A stretch of 64,000 nt of DNA from an uncultured candidate division Zixibacteria bacterium (GTDB lineage Bacteria > Zixibacteria > MSB-5A5 > RBG-16-43-9), in NCBI GenBank assembly GCA_963713865.1, contig OY970208.1, forward strand, positions 1,216,001 through 1,280,000. The letters are read 5' to 3'. The position numbers and the translations under genes were made by a program. The stretch's first letter is position 1, and each line of letters begins with the position of its first letter. The notes beneath the pieces were generated by a model that made no database searches, was not told the DNA's origin, and was given only the letters and a program-made list of their open reading frames with translations. Positions 12,347 through 21,513 of this stretch are shown here, piece by piece.

Positions 12347-13309
12347 TTAAATTTTTCCCGCTAATTTCCTTTGCAACCTTCCCACAACCAGCTGGGCTAA
12401 GGAATTGATAATCAAAGTGAAGACAAAGAGGGAGGCACCGATGAAAAATAAAACATTGTAATGTGCACTGCCGTGTACCACCTCTCCTAATTCTGCGGCG
12501 ATGGTGGCAGACATCGTGCGAACCGAATCAAAAATATTAGCAGAGAGCAGGGAGGCATTTCCAGAAGCCATTAAAACTATCATTGTTTCACCTACTGCCC
12601 TTCCTAGTCCTAAGATAATCCCTGCCAGAACACCAGGCATTGCCACTGAAAGAGAAACTCGAAAGGCAGTCTGCCAGCGATTGGCTCCTAATGCCAGAGA
12701 GGCTTCCTTTAAACTCCGGGGCACAGAGTTCAAAGCATCCTCAGCTATGGAATAGATAACCGGGATGATGGCAAAGCTTAATGCCATCCCGGCATTAAAG
12801 GCGTTTAAACGCATAGTTGAATGAAAGATACTGTGAAAAAACGAAGCCATAACCATCAGAGCGAAAAAACCCAAGACCACAGAAGGTATTCCAGCCAAAA
12901 TCTCAACAATCGGCTTGATAAATTCTTTTAATTTGAGAGGTGCAAATTCTGAAGTAAAAATAGCAGCTCCTACAGAAATAGGAATTGAAAAAAAGAGGGC
13001 TACCACCACGACTTTGAAGGTTCCTAATATGATAGCAATCAAACCATATCGAGGAAAATCCGAAATCGGTTGCCAGATTTTTGTGGAAAAGAAAAGCCTT
13101 AAACTGGCTTCTTTTTTGACTTCAGGACTAACTAGGATTGGCAAAGCCTCCCGGAAAACAAAAACAAAGATCAGAATAACAGCTAAGATCGCCAAGAAAG
13201 AGGAAAAAAAGATTACCTTTTCAATAATGAATTCAGAAAGGCGGAATCTTTTCTTGGAAATGACAAATTCCGATTGGCGTTTCTTTTCTATGGTCTTCAA
13301 GTTTTCCAT
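12347..13309 (-). CDS. pstC: Phosphate ABC transporter permease
   Basis: LAGIPSVVLG, EASLALGANRWQT, and GRAVGETM motifs. Confidence 0.95.
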   Translation of the reverse strand: MENLKTIEKKRQSEFVISKKRFRLSEFIIEKVIFFSSFLAILAVILIFVFVFREALPILVSPEVKKEASLRLFFSTKIWQPISDFPRYGLIAIILGTFKVVVVALFFSIPISVGAAIFTSEFAPLKLKEFIKPIVEILAGIPSVVLGFFALMVMASFFHSIFHSTMRLNAFNAGMALSFAIIPVIYSIAEDALNSVPRSLKEASLALGANRWQTAFRVSLSVAMPGVLAGIILGLGRAVGETMIVLMASGNASLLSANIFDSVRTMSATIAAELGEVVHGSAHYNVLFFIGASLFVFTLIINSLAQLVVGRLQRKLAGKI

Positions 13310-13497
13310 ATTTCGAAAAGTTAGTGATACTTCCTTCTAAGTCTATCCTCGCATGGTGATAGTATCTTGTTTCTGATTCCCTTCCTCGATGGGAGGGGAT
13401 AAAGGGAAGAGTGAAGTCGCATCATATTTTACTTCTCTCTAACCTTCTTCCGCAAGCTGCTGCTACTGTTGTTATGTAAAGTTGCAGGAATCCTCCA

Positions 13498-13968
13498 TTA
13501 AGATGATATTGATCTGTCAAGGTACTGTGAGTAATCTGTCAACCTCTGGGTGTATCTTTCTCTTATTAAATTAGATGAAATAATAAAATCTGCTGTAGAT
13601 CTGTTACAAGCTGTAGGAATATTATAAAGAACAGAGATCCTCAGCAAAGCTTTTACATCAACATCATGCGGGTGTGGTTGCATGGAATTCCAAAAGAAGA
13701 TCAGAATGTCAATATTTCCTTCTGCAACCATCGCTCCAAGTTGTTGATCGCCTCCAAATGGACCTGATTTTAGTTTAACTATACTATGGTTCAATGACTG
13801 CCCTTTTTCTAGTTTCTTGGATATTACTTCCTCAACTAAGCGACCAGTAGTCCCTGTACAGATCAACCTGTGATTTAAAAGTACTTTCCAGTTCCATTCT
13901 ACCCATTCGACTAAGTCACTTTTACAGTTGTCGTGTGCAACCAAAGCAACTCGCTTCGATATTTCCAT
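13498..13968 (-). CDS. mgsA: Methylglyoxal synthase
   Basis: ALVAHD..K, TGTTG, SGP.GGDQQ, HD.DVKALLR, and ACNRSTAD motifs. Confidence 0.92.
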   Translation of the reverse strand: MEISKRVALVAHDNCKSDLVEWVEWNWKVLLNHRLICTGTTGRLVEEVISKKLEKGQSLNHSIVKLKSGPFGGDQQLGAMVAEGNIDILIFFWNSMQPHPHDVDVKALLRISVLYNIPTACNRSTADFIISSNLIRERYTQRLTDYSQYLDRSISS

Positions 13969-14126
13969 GACCTCTCCTTATATCTATTCTGTTTCATAAG
14001 ACTTGATTGATACGAGCCTATGTTGTGTCATAGTCAAGCATATTATTCTGTGCCCAGCAATTTTGCATAACATCTGCACCCTTACGCAGTAAGGCTGTTT
14101 GTTAGCGGTAGACATTCACAGCAAAC

Positions 14127-15077
14127 CTATATTACACCTGATTGTTTAAAATAACTTACCGTTTCTTCAATTCCCTTTTCATAAGGGGTGGGCTTATGGT
14201 TGAAATGTTTTTCAAATTTCGACGAATCAAACACATAATCATATTTATTTTGATACAACATTTCATAAGCTTCCCGTGTCCGCTTATCAAATACGCCTGC
14301 CAGCTTTACCATCCACTTCTTTAGAACAGTGAAGTCGGGATTTACTCCCAGCTTTTCAGCCACATTTCTTATGAATTCCTCACCGGTTAGAGGAGGGCTT
14401 GCGGTTGGTAGATGCCATACCTGATTATTCGCACTCTCTGCCTTAGCTAAGAGGTACAAAGACTTTCCACAGTCGCCTGTATACGTGTAAGAGTGTTTGG
14501 CTTTGACATTTACTAACCATTGTGCTTTTCTGCCTTTTGCTAGTCTTTCAATCACGAGCATAAATGGAAGGCTTGTTTTATCTGCATAAGGTCCATAGAA
14601 ATCAGCAGCCCTTGCGATGATAGCAGTGATATTGTTGCTCCTTATTTCTGAGAGAAGGTAGTCGGCTATTTGAGCCCTCACTTCGCCTTTTTTACTGCAA
14701 GGATTAATGGGGGAATCTTCCTTCATAATACCTTTCACTTTCCCATACATATACACGTTGTCAAAAAAGATCAGCCGGGCATTTTTCGATTTGCAAGCCG
14801 CAACAGTATTTTGCATTATTATGGGCCATTGTTCTTGCCAGATTGATGTATCGTAAGGAAGTCCAACAAGAAGATAAACAACAGATGATTCTTCAAGGGC
14901 ATGATTTGTTTCCTGGAAATTAGTTAAGTCAGCTTTTGACGATTCTGTCCGCTGAACACTGTGTCCACTGCGGGATACTAGTTTTACACTTTCATTATTT
15001 GAAAGCAATTCTTTTGTCAGGATATTACCAATAGCACCACCCGCTCCAAGAATAATGTGTTTTGTAATTGTTTTCAT
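14127..15077 (-). CDS. NAD-dependent epimerase/dehydratase (extended SDR)
   Basis: ILGAGGAIG Rossmann motif; FFDNVYMYG; KKG.VR; ARAADFYGP. Confidence 0.85.
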   Translation of the reverse strand: MKTITKHIILGAGGAIGNILTKELLSNNESVKLVSRSGHSVQRTESSKADLTNFQETNHALEESSVVYLLVGLPYDTSIWQEQWPIIMQNTVAACKSKNARLIFFDNVYMYGKVKGIMKEDSPINPCSKKGEVRAQIADYLLSEIRSNNITAIIARAADFYGPYADKTSLPFMLVIERLAKGRKAQWLVNVKAKHSYTYTGDCGKSLYLLAKAESANNQVWHLPTASPPLTGEEFIRNVAEKLGVNPDFTVLKKWMVKLAGVFDKRTREAYEMLYQNKYDYVFDSSKFEKHFNHKPTPYEKGIEETVSYFKQSGVI

Positions 15078-15116
15078 TTGATCTTGCTCTTAGACGGATG
15101 TTATCATCCGACTTAT

Positions 15117-15146
15117 CTCCTGCTGGATGAGGGCATCCAGCAGGAG
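15117..15146 (-). terminator. 13-bp stem hairpin just downstream of pstS (terminator or mRNA stabiliser)
   Basis: Perfect inverted repeat ctcctgctggatg-aggg-catccagcaggag; no clear U-tract. Confidence 0.45.
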
Positions 15147-15173
15147 CTTGAAAAAACTACTAACTTCCTACGA

Positions 15174-16008
15174 CTACTTGACTGGGAAATACCCAACCTT
15201 ACTTACAATCTGCTGTCCCTGTTCAGACAGGGCGAAATCGACTAATTTCTTTATTTCACCAGTAGGTTTATTGCGAACATACCAGTATAGATAGCGGGAA
15301 ATAGGATATTTTCCATTTTTTATATTCTCCAGAGTCGGCTCATAGCCAAGTGTTTGAGCATCCTTCTTAACTTTGCAATATTTCACTCCTTTGGCATAAG
15401 CGGCTCCTCCATAACCGATTCCATATTCGTCCTTTGCCACTGCATTCACAATCGCCGCAGTTCCCGGAAGGGTCTCGGGTCTGGGATGCAAAATCTGCAC
15501 CCGTTAAGACATTGTCCTTAAAATAAGCATAAGTGCCGGAGCTATTATCCCTGCCATAGAGGACTATTTTGGTATCATCTCCGCCTAAGTCCTTCCAGTT
15601 GGTAATCTTTCCGGTGTAAATTCCTTTAAGTTGATCCAGGGTGAGTTCAGAGATCTTGTTTTCTTCGTTCAGATAGATAGAGAGTCCATCTCTTGCTACT
15701 GCGATTTCAACTCCTTTAGTGTTAAACCGCTCTTTCAATTTGTCAACTTCAGAGCTTTTAATAGGTCTTGAGGCTTCGCAGATGTCAGTCGAGCCATTGA
15801 TTAAAGCGGCAATCCCTACTCCAGAACCTCCACCAGTTACCTGAATAACTACTCCCGGATTCTGATTCATATAGATTTCTGCCCATCTTTGACCCAAAAT
15901 GAGCAAAGTGTCAGAGCCTTTTATGGTAATAGTCTTAGCGGCAAAAACTGATAACATAACTGTAAATGATAAAGATAGAATTCCTATAACGGCTATTAGC
16001 TTTTTCAT
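15174..16008 (-). CDS. pstS: Phosphate ABC transporter substrate-binding protein, +1 frameshift near 15475
   Basis: IKGSDT, GGGSGVG, ASR, GRDNSSGTY, and YPISRYLY motifs. ORFs 15367..16008 and 15174..15500 join as ...FASQTQTLPGTAAIVNAV after removing one base. Confidence 0.92.
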
Positions 16009-16030
16009 TTTATTCTCCTTTCTTTAATAT

Positions 16031-17298
16031 TTAAAACATAAACTGAAATTGCAAGGTAAATCTGTTGTCTTTTCTGTCGCCATCATATTTGGAGAAAATA
16101 GAGTTGTTTTTAAGTTGATGAGGTATATCATATGCTGCCGTTATCCTTACATAAGAATCCCAGAAATAATGCAGGGCTAAAGACAAGGTTCCAGTGGCGT
16201 CGTTCTTTGCGTTCTCATCTGTATTGGGGTCCCAGTAATCATATCTGGCGGCAGCTCCAAATTTAGTGGTTAAATTCTGGGATAACCAGAGATACCAGCC
16301 CATTTCGTCGGCTAAAGAATCCTTTGCATTTTTATTATAGTCCTGAGCCAGGTAAAGCTCTCCCCTGATTCCGGTTCCGCCGATTGGCAAGAAATCAAGA
16401 TAGACCTGGGCATCAGCACCATACCTGATCTTGTCTTTTTCCACTGCTGGGACTGCAGCTTTTGGAGCAGTGGTTTTAAACTCGCCCGGGTCTATTACTC
16501 CATTTCCATTCACATCATACCAGCTGGTAACACCAGAAACAGCCGCGCTTCCAGGAAAATAGGTTTTACCCCAGTAACCGGAGAATCCTAAATCGACCAT
16601 TCCTAATTTCGCCTTTGCCCGAGCAATTACATCTTTTGCCTTAGTAGGATCAAACCAGGTGAAGTTTTTGTCCTCTATCCCGTAACCTTGGAAAAGACCT
16701 AAGTTGAACTGGAGATATTTCGGAAGAGCCCAGGTAAGATTTGTTCCTCGGTCTCGTTCCCCTTTGAAAAGGTTATTCTCTGCCAGACTTCTTTCCGGGA
16801 AATCTCTTTTGGACGAAGAATATTCGATCTCGTACCCGAAAGGCCAGTTGAATTGTCCAAAAGTTAGCGCGAGATTATGTTTTCCGATACTCTTGTAAAG
16901 CTCAACATAAGCTTCTTTCAATGAAACGGTATTCTTTGAAGCATCAAAATAGATAATATACTTGCTGGAAGAACCGGGCTGGACCGTGAACTTTATCCTT
17001 CCTCTCCTGATATAGAAGTTATTGGCATTTAGGTTTTTAGTGGCATCATAACCACCTGCAACTCCATTCTGGGAACTGTCATTATACTCATACCGCATCT
17101 GGATGTAGCCGGATATTTTCACCCATTTCAGGATAGCAACATCGCTGTTCAAAGTTGCCATGTTCTCCGAAATCCCATCCAGACGGTCTTTCGTTTCCTG
17201 AAGCGCAGCCTTAATGCTGTCTTCTGGGTCTGCGCCCAGGAATGATTTAGACTTATAGCTACTAATAAAAGCAAGATCAGCAAAATTTTTGTTTTCAT
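16031..17298 (-). CDS. Phosphate-selective porin (OprO/P-like), one base missing near 17225
   Basis: ATG at 17298 with aggag RBS encodes signal peptide MKTKILLILLLLVAISLNHSWAQ, out of frame with the 376-aa ORF. That ORF has F.IRR.R.K, GQF..PFGYE, ERS and a C-terminal Phe. It is the first gene upstream of pstS. Confidence 0.75.
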
Positions 17299-17487
17299 GT
17301 TTTCTCCTTTTTTGTTCTGGTTTCTTAAGTCCTAACTCGTCAGGCTTTCAAGCTTAACTTCTCATACCACCTCCTCGAAATATTTTCCAATTAAACTTTT
17401 TAACTTTACTTTCATATTTCCTCCTTTAATATTTTCTAATAATTGCAAAATTCATCGTCTTTCAAACTACAAATTAAACGTTCACCA

Positions 17488-17526
17488 TATTACGCCTGTA
17501 TTAACTCAGTGTTAATTCTGGGTTAA
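17488..17526 (-). promoter_or_regulatory. Pho-box-like array: four hexamers at exact 11-bp period
   Basis: Minus strand reads TTAACC-n5-TTAACA-n5-TTAATA-n5-GTAATA upstream of porin-pstS; matches OmpR/PhoB-family direct-repeat geometry. Confidence 0.75.
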
Positions 17527-17919
17527 CAAACATTCACCGGATAATCTGCCTGGGGAAGATGATAGAATACACTTAGAGGGCTAAATTTGCCTCATATCTG
17601 TCTTAAAATGTGGTAATAGTTTAGACTAAAGAGATGACTGGCTGGCAGAACTTTACTTCGTCCCAAGGATGTTTTTTTCAGATTTGTCACCTGAACCAGC
17701 ATGAGCTATTGATACTAAGGGTAAGACTAAAAGAAGAATCAAAAAGACTATTAGGTACTTCCTGAAGGTCATTTCTAAACTCCTCTGATATAAAAGTTTT
17801 TTACCTTAAAACACTCACCTGCAGAACAAAATCCTTAAAATTGAGTTAGACAGATTTTACATCATTATTAATGATAAAAACCTGTTGTACTTCTTCCTCT
17901 CCGCAACCTCGAGCTGCCG

Positions 17920-18135
17920 TTAATTCTCGTTCATAAAATCTGCCTCAGGTACTTCAAATTCCTCGAATTCCTCAAGTTCCTCTAACTCGATTACTGGAGG
18001 TTTAATAAGGGTATATTCACCCTCTATGATTTTTTCCACCACCTTAAGGAACTTCTCCGTGCTTAACCCCTGTAACTTGTAGGTTATCCAGCATGTTCTT
18101 GGGGGTGGCTTGCTTTTCTCCTTCGATTCAAGCAT
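17920..18135 (-). CDS. Small hypothetical protein with acidic tail
   Basis: 71-aa ORF closely following 18151..18372. Confidence 0.45.
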   Translation of the reverse strand: MLESKEKSKPPPRTCWITYKLQGLSTEKFLKVVEKIIEGEYTLIKPPVIELEELEEFEEFEVPEADFMNEN

Positions 18136-18150
18136 AAGTTCTACCCTGGG

Positions 18151-18372
18151 TTAATGGCTAACCAGCTCGCGATGAAATACACTCCAGTCAGAAGCAGATT
18201 GATTAACTTTCTCACAGTTTACCAATTCCTTGGTGCCGAGAAAGAACGGGCAGTGGCAATATTCGGTGCTATGGCAGAAGCTCTTGAGTTCCAAAAGATT
18301 TGGCACCATGCCGTCGAACATCTCAGAATCACACATCTCTATTTTCCCCTGGATCAGTTTGGGACATTCCAT
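18151..18372 (-). CDS. Small Cys-rich protein, putative metal-binding
   Basis: MECPKL...C...PN..EL..FC....CHCPFF; gaggtg RBS. Confidence 0.6.
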   Translation of the reverse strand: MECPKLIQGKIEMCDSEMFDGMVPNLLELKSFCHSTEYCHCPFFLGTKELVNCEKVNQSASDWSVFHRELVSH

Positions 18373-18557
18373 TTTCTTTCACCTCCTCTGTTGATGAATC
18401 TTTTTCATTAAATATTTTCTCAAGTAATTCAAAAACCCACTCAGAATCATCCGTCTTTGTTTTGTCCTGGATTAGCTTGGGACATTCCATTTTCTTTCAC
18501 CCCCTCTGTTGATGAATCATTTTCGTCAAATATCTTCTCTATCAGATAAAAGACCCA
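18322..18557. repeat. 118-bp tandem duplication, two diverged copies
   Basis: 18322-18439 aligns with 18440-18557 along its length (TGGGT...GATTCATCAACAGAGG.GGTGAAAGAAAATGGAATGTCCCAA...TGATTCTGAG on the minus strand). Confidence 0.85.
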
Positions 18558-18662
18558 CATACTTGGAGAAAACAGTTGCTTCCCCTTCATTTTCCTTGAA
18601 AACAGGTAAGTTAAGGAAACAATAGCGGCAAGCGCTATACTCATCAGGATAAATGTCTGCAT
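18447..18662 (-). CDS. Small membrane-anchored hypothetical protein
   Basis: N-terminal TM helix; first gene downstream of the second Pho-box-like array. Confidence 0.5.
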   Translation of the reverse strand: MQTFILMSIALAAIVSLTYLFSRKMKGKQLFSPSMWVFYLIEKIFDENDSSTEGVKENGMSQANPGQNKDG

Positions 18663-18756
18663 ATCTTTTAATCTTCCTTGCGAATCATTTTCTCATTCAT
18701 AAAGTCATAAAGTCCATTTGAACTCGCTAAAGTAAACGATAGCTTGATTTCAGTGA

Positions 18757-18784
18757 GATTAACTAAAGGTTAAATCTATGTTAA
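18757..18784 (-). promoter_or_regulatory. Second Pho-box-like array: three hexamers at 11-bp period
   Basis: Minus strand TTAACA-n5-TTAACC-n5-TTAATC; same consensus as 17488-17526. Confidence 0.65.
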
Positions 18785-18840
18785 AAAGGTTGGATTAATT
18801 AAAAATGTCAGTTGAAGGATATGTATGCTGGCAAAAAAGA

Positions 18841-20610
18841 CTATGCTTTTCTCAACCTGAAGCTAAATTCACTCCCCTTACTCAATTGACTTCTAACATT
18901 TACTGTTTCCCCGTGAGCTTCGATTATATGCTTGACAATGGAAAGTCCCAGACCGGTTCCACCCGATTCCCGGGAGCGGTCTTTATCAACCCGGTAAAAC
19001 CTTTCAAAGATTCGGGGCAGGTCTTTTTCAGGGATTCCGATTCCGGTATCTATTACCGCAATCTCGATATAGTCTCCTTTATCCCGGCTCTCGATTTTGA
19101 TCTTTCCATTTAGAGGGGTATATTTGACGGCATTATCCACCAGATTAGTCAATGCCTGAGCTATTCTGTACCTGTCACCTAAAACTCTCTGGTTTTCAGA
19201 ATTTAGTACTATTTCTATTTTTTGTGATTTCCCCTCTGCTAAAGACTTGAGAGCAGATAAAATCTCTTCAAAAAGCTCTTTGATCAAAAATGGTTCTAAT
19301 TTCAATTCAAAATCCTTGGATTCGATGAGGGAAAGCTGTAGTAAGTCAGAGATGATTTTGTTCATCCGGTCAGTATGCTGGGAGATTATGGAAAGGAAAC
19401 GAGCTGATTTTTCCGGGTCGTTTATGGCTCCATCTTTTAACGCTTCCACAAAGCCCTTGATTGAGGTGATGGGGGTTCTTAATTCATGCGAGACATTTGC
19501 CACAAAGTCTTTCCGTATCCTTTCAGTCTTCTTAAGTTCGGTTATGTCGTGAAAAACGAAAATCGCAAAAATCGCACCCTCCTTTTGTCTTTCTACCAGA
19601 GCAGACTGGACCATAAAATCTTTTTCCCTGGGATAGATAAAAGAGAATTCCATACTTTTACTCTCCTGGCTCGAAAGAACTGTCTGGATGAATTGGTTCA
19701 GTTCATGACTTCGGATCAGCTCAAAATAGGATTTACCGTAAAAAGATTTATCCAGCTCGAACATCAGGCACATAGCAGAGTTTGCCAGAATGACTTTACC
19801 CTGAGAGTCTATGGCTAATACCCCTTCGATCATACTGGAGAGGATGGACTGCATCTGTGATTTATCCTCAGTAATCTGCTCTATCTTCCCGGAAAGCTCA
19901 ACCGACATCCGATTTAAAATTTCAGCCAGCTCTCCGATCTCGTCTCTGGTTCTTACATTGACCTTTTGAGAGAAATCACCTTCAGACATCCTCCTTCCCA
20001 CTTGCATCATCTGTCTTAAAGGTCTGGTTACCCTGTATGAAAATCCGAAACTTAAGAGGAACGAGAAGATGAAAGCTACTACCAGTCCTAAAAGGACAAG
20101 TTTGATGATCATATTTTGCCTATGTCTTAACTCAATCAGAGGTAAGGATAAGCGAGCTACTCCGATGATTTTACCTTGGGCTTTTATAGGAAAAGCTACA
20201 TAGAGCATATCTTCTTTGATGGTATAGCTATAGCGAATACTTTTTCCAACTTTGCCCTGCAGGGCTTCTGCAACCTCAGGTCTATTTTTGTGGTTCTCCA
20301 TGTTTAAAAGCGCTTTTCCACTCTCATAGGAATCTGCGACCACTTTACCATTTCTGTCAATTATGGTTATCCGACCCTGTATTTTATTACCGAGCTCATC
20401 TGCCAGGCTGTCTGTTTTTGTTAAATCCAAGTTTTCTAATAGAGGGGAAGCAAATATATTAGATAAAAGCTGTGTTTCAAAGATCATACCCTGTTCGAGT
20501 TGAGTAAGTGAGCGCTTTCTTTCAGAGGAGGAGATTAAAATCCCGGCAAGGGAAAGCCCTAAAATACTCAGCAGAAGATAGGTCAAGAACAATTTCCACT
20601 GCATCTTCAT
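18841..20610 (-). CDS. phoR: Phosphate regulon sensor histidine kinase (HAMP-PAS-HisKA-HATPase)
   Basis: MENH.NRPEV, FVANVSHELRTP, NLVDNAVKYT, and GGTGLGLSIVKHI motifs; adjacent to pst genes. Confidence 0.92.
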   Translation of the reverse strand: MKMQWKLFLTYLLLSILGLSLAGILISSSERKRSLTQLEQGMIFETQLLSNIFASPLLENLDLTKTDSLADELGNKIQGRITIIDRNGKVVADSYESGKALLNMENHKNRPEVAEALQGKVGKSIRYSYTIKEDMLYVAFPIKAQGKIIGVARLSLPLIELRHRQNMIIKLVLLGLVVAFIFSFLLSFGFSYRVTRPLRQMMQVGRRMSEGDFSQKVNVRTRDEIGELAEILNRMSVELSGKIEQITEDKSQMQSILSSMIEGVLAIDSQGKVILANSAMCLMFELDKSFYGKSYFELIRSHELNQFIQTVLSSQESKSMEFSFIYPREKDFMVQSALVERQKEGAIFAIFVFHDITELKKTERIRKDFVANVSHELRTPITSIKGFVEALKDGAINDPEKSARFLSIISQHTDRMNKIISDLLQLSLIESKDFELKLEPFLIKELFEEILSALKSLAEGKSQKIEIVLNSENQRVLGDRYRIAQALTNLVDNAVKYTPLNGKIKIESRDKGDYIEIAVIDTGIGIPEKDLPRIFERFYRVDKDRSRESGGTGLGLSIVKHIIEAHGETVNVRSQLSKGSEFSFRLRKA

Positions 20611-20633
20611 AGCTATACCCTTTAGAATTAATT

Positions 20634-21320
20634 CTAAGTACTTTCTTTTAATTTATAACCCAGATTTTTCACGGTCTGAATTGCTTCAGTTAGAATAGGA
20701 ATTTTTTCTCTTAATCTCCTTATATGTACATCTACTGTTCTCATTCCGCCATAATAATCATATCCCCAAACCTCGTCCATCAGATAATCTCTGCTTAAAA
20801 CCCGGCCTTTGCTGCGTAAAAGACACTCTAACAAATCGAATTCTTTTGAGCTTAACTCAACTGTCTTATTATTAAAGGTAGCTTCATGTCTGGATAAATC
20901 TAAAGAGAGATTCCCATAACGATATACTTTTTCTTTTTCTGCCTTTCTTTCAATTCTGCGAAGCAGGGCTTTCACCCTTGCAACTAATTCCTTAGGACTG
21001 AAGGGCTTGGTTATGTAATCATCCGCCCCTAATTCCAGCCCAATGATTTTGTCTGTTTCCTCTCCCTTGGCAGTCAGCATGATTATCGGGACAGATTTGG
21101 TTTTAGGATCTGACCTTAATTCTCTACAAACCTCTAACCCGTCCATCTCCGGAAGCATTATATCCAGTATTACCAAATCGAAGTTTTCAGCTCGTGCCTT
21201 TTTAAGACCCGAGAACCCGTCCAGAGCATCTGTCAGAACGAAATTTTCTTTTTCCAGATAATGCCCTACCAGTTCAACGATATCTTTATCGTCCTCAATT
21301 ACTAAAATCTTTTTCGACAT
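20634..21320 (-). CDS. phoB: OmpR-family response regulator PhoB/PhoP
   Basis: LDIMLP, LELGADDYITKPFSP, and RTVDVHIRRLREK motifs; directly upstream of phoR. Confidence 0.88.
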   Translation of the reverse strand: MSKKILVIEDDKDIVELVGHYLEKENFVLTDALDGFSGLKKARAENFDLVILDIMLPEMDGLEVCRELRSDPKTKSVPIIMLTAKGEETDKIIGLELGADDYITKPFSPKELVARVKALLRRIERKAEKEKVYRYGNLSLDLSRHEATFNNKTVELSSKEFDLLECLLRSKGRVLSRDYLMDEVWGYDYYGGMRTVDVHIRRLREKIPILTEAIQTVKNLGYKLKEST

Positions 21321-21513
21321 AGATAATCTCCAGAAACCTCAAAGATATTATAATTATAATTTCTTGTCCTGGCAAATTAATTTTCGGAAAAAAGATGGAG
21401 ATGGAAAACCTTTGCCATATTAGGTAAGTTTTTCTTTTGACAATGAATGTCGAATTTATTAATATTATCAGAGGATAAGATCCGAAGGAATAGATAAGTA
21501 ATAAGGAGGAAAT

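Noticed and set aside
21340-21513. glmS ribozyme upstream of glmS
   Set aside because: The leader is short and AT-rich, with no recognisable ribozyme core or pairing.
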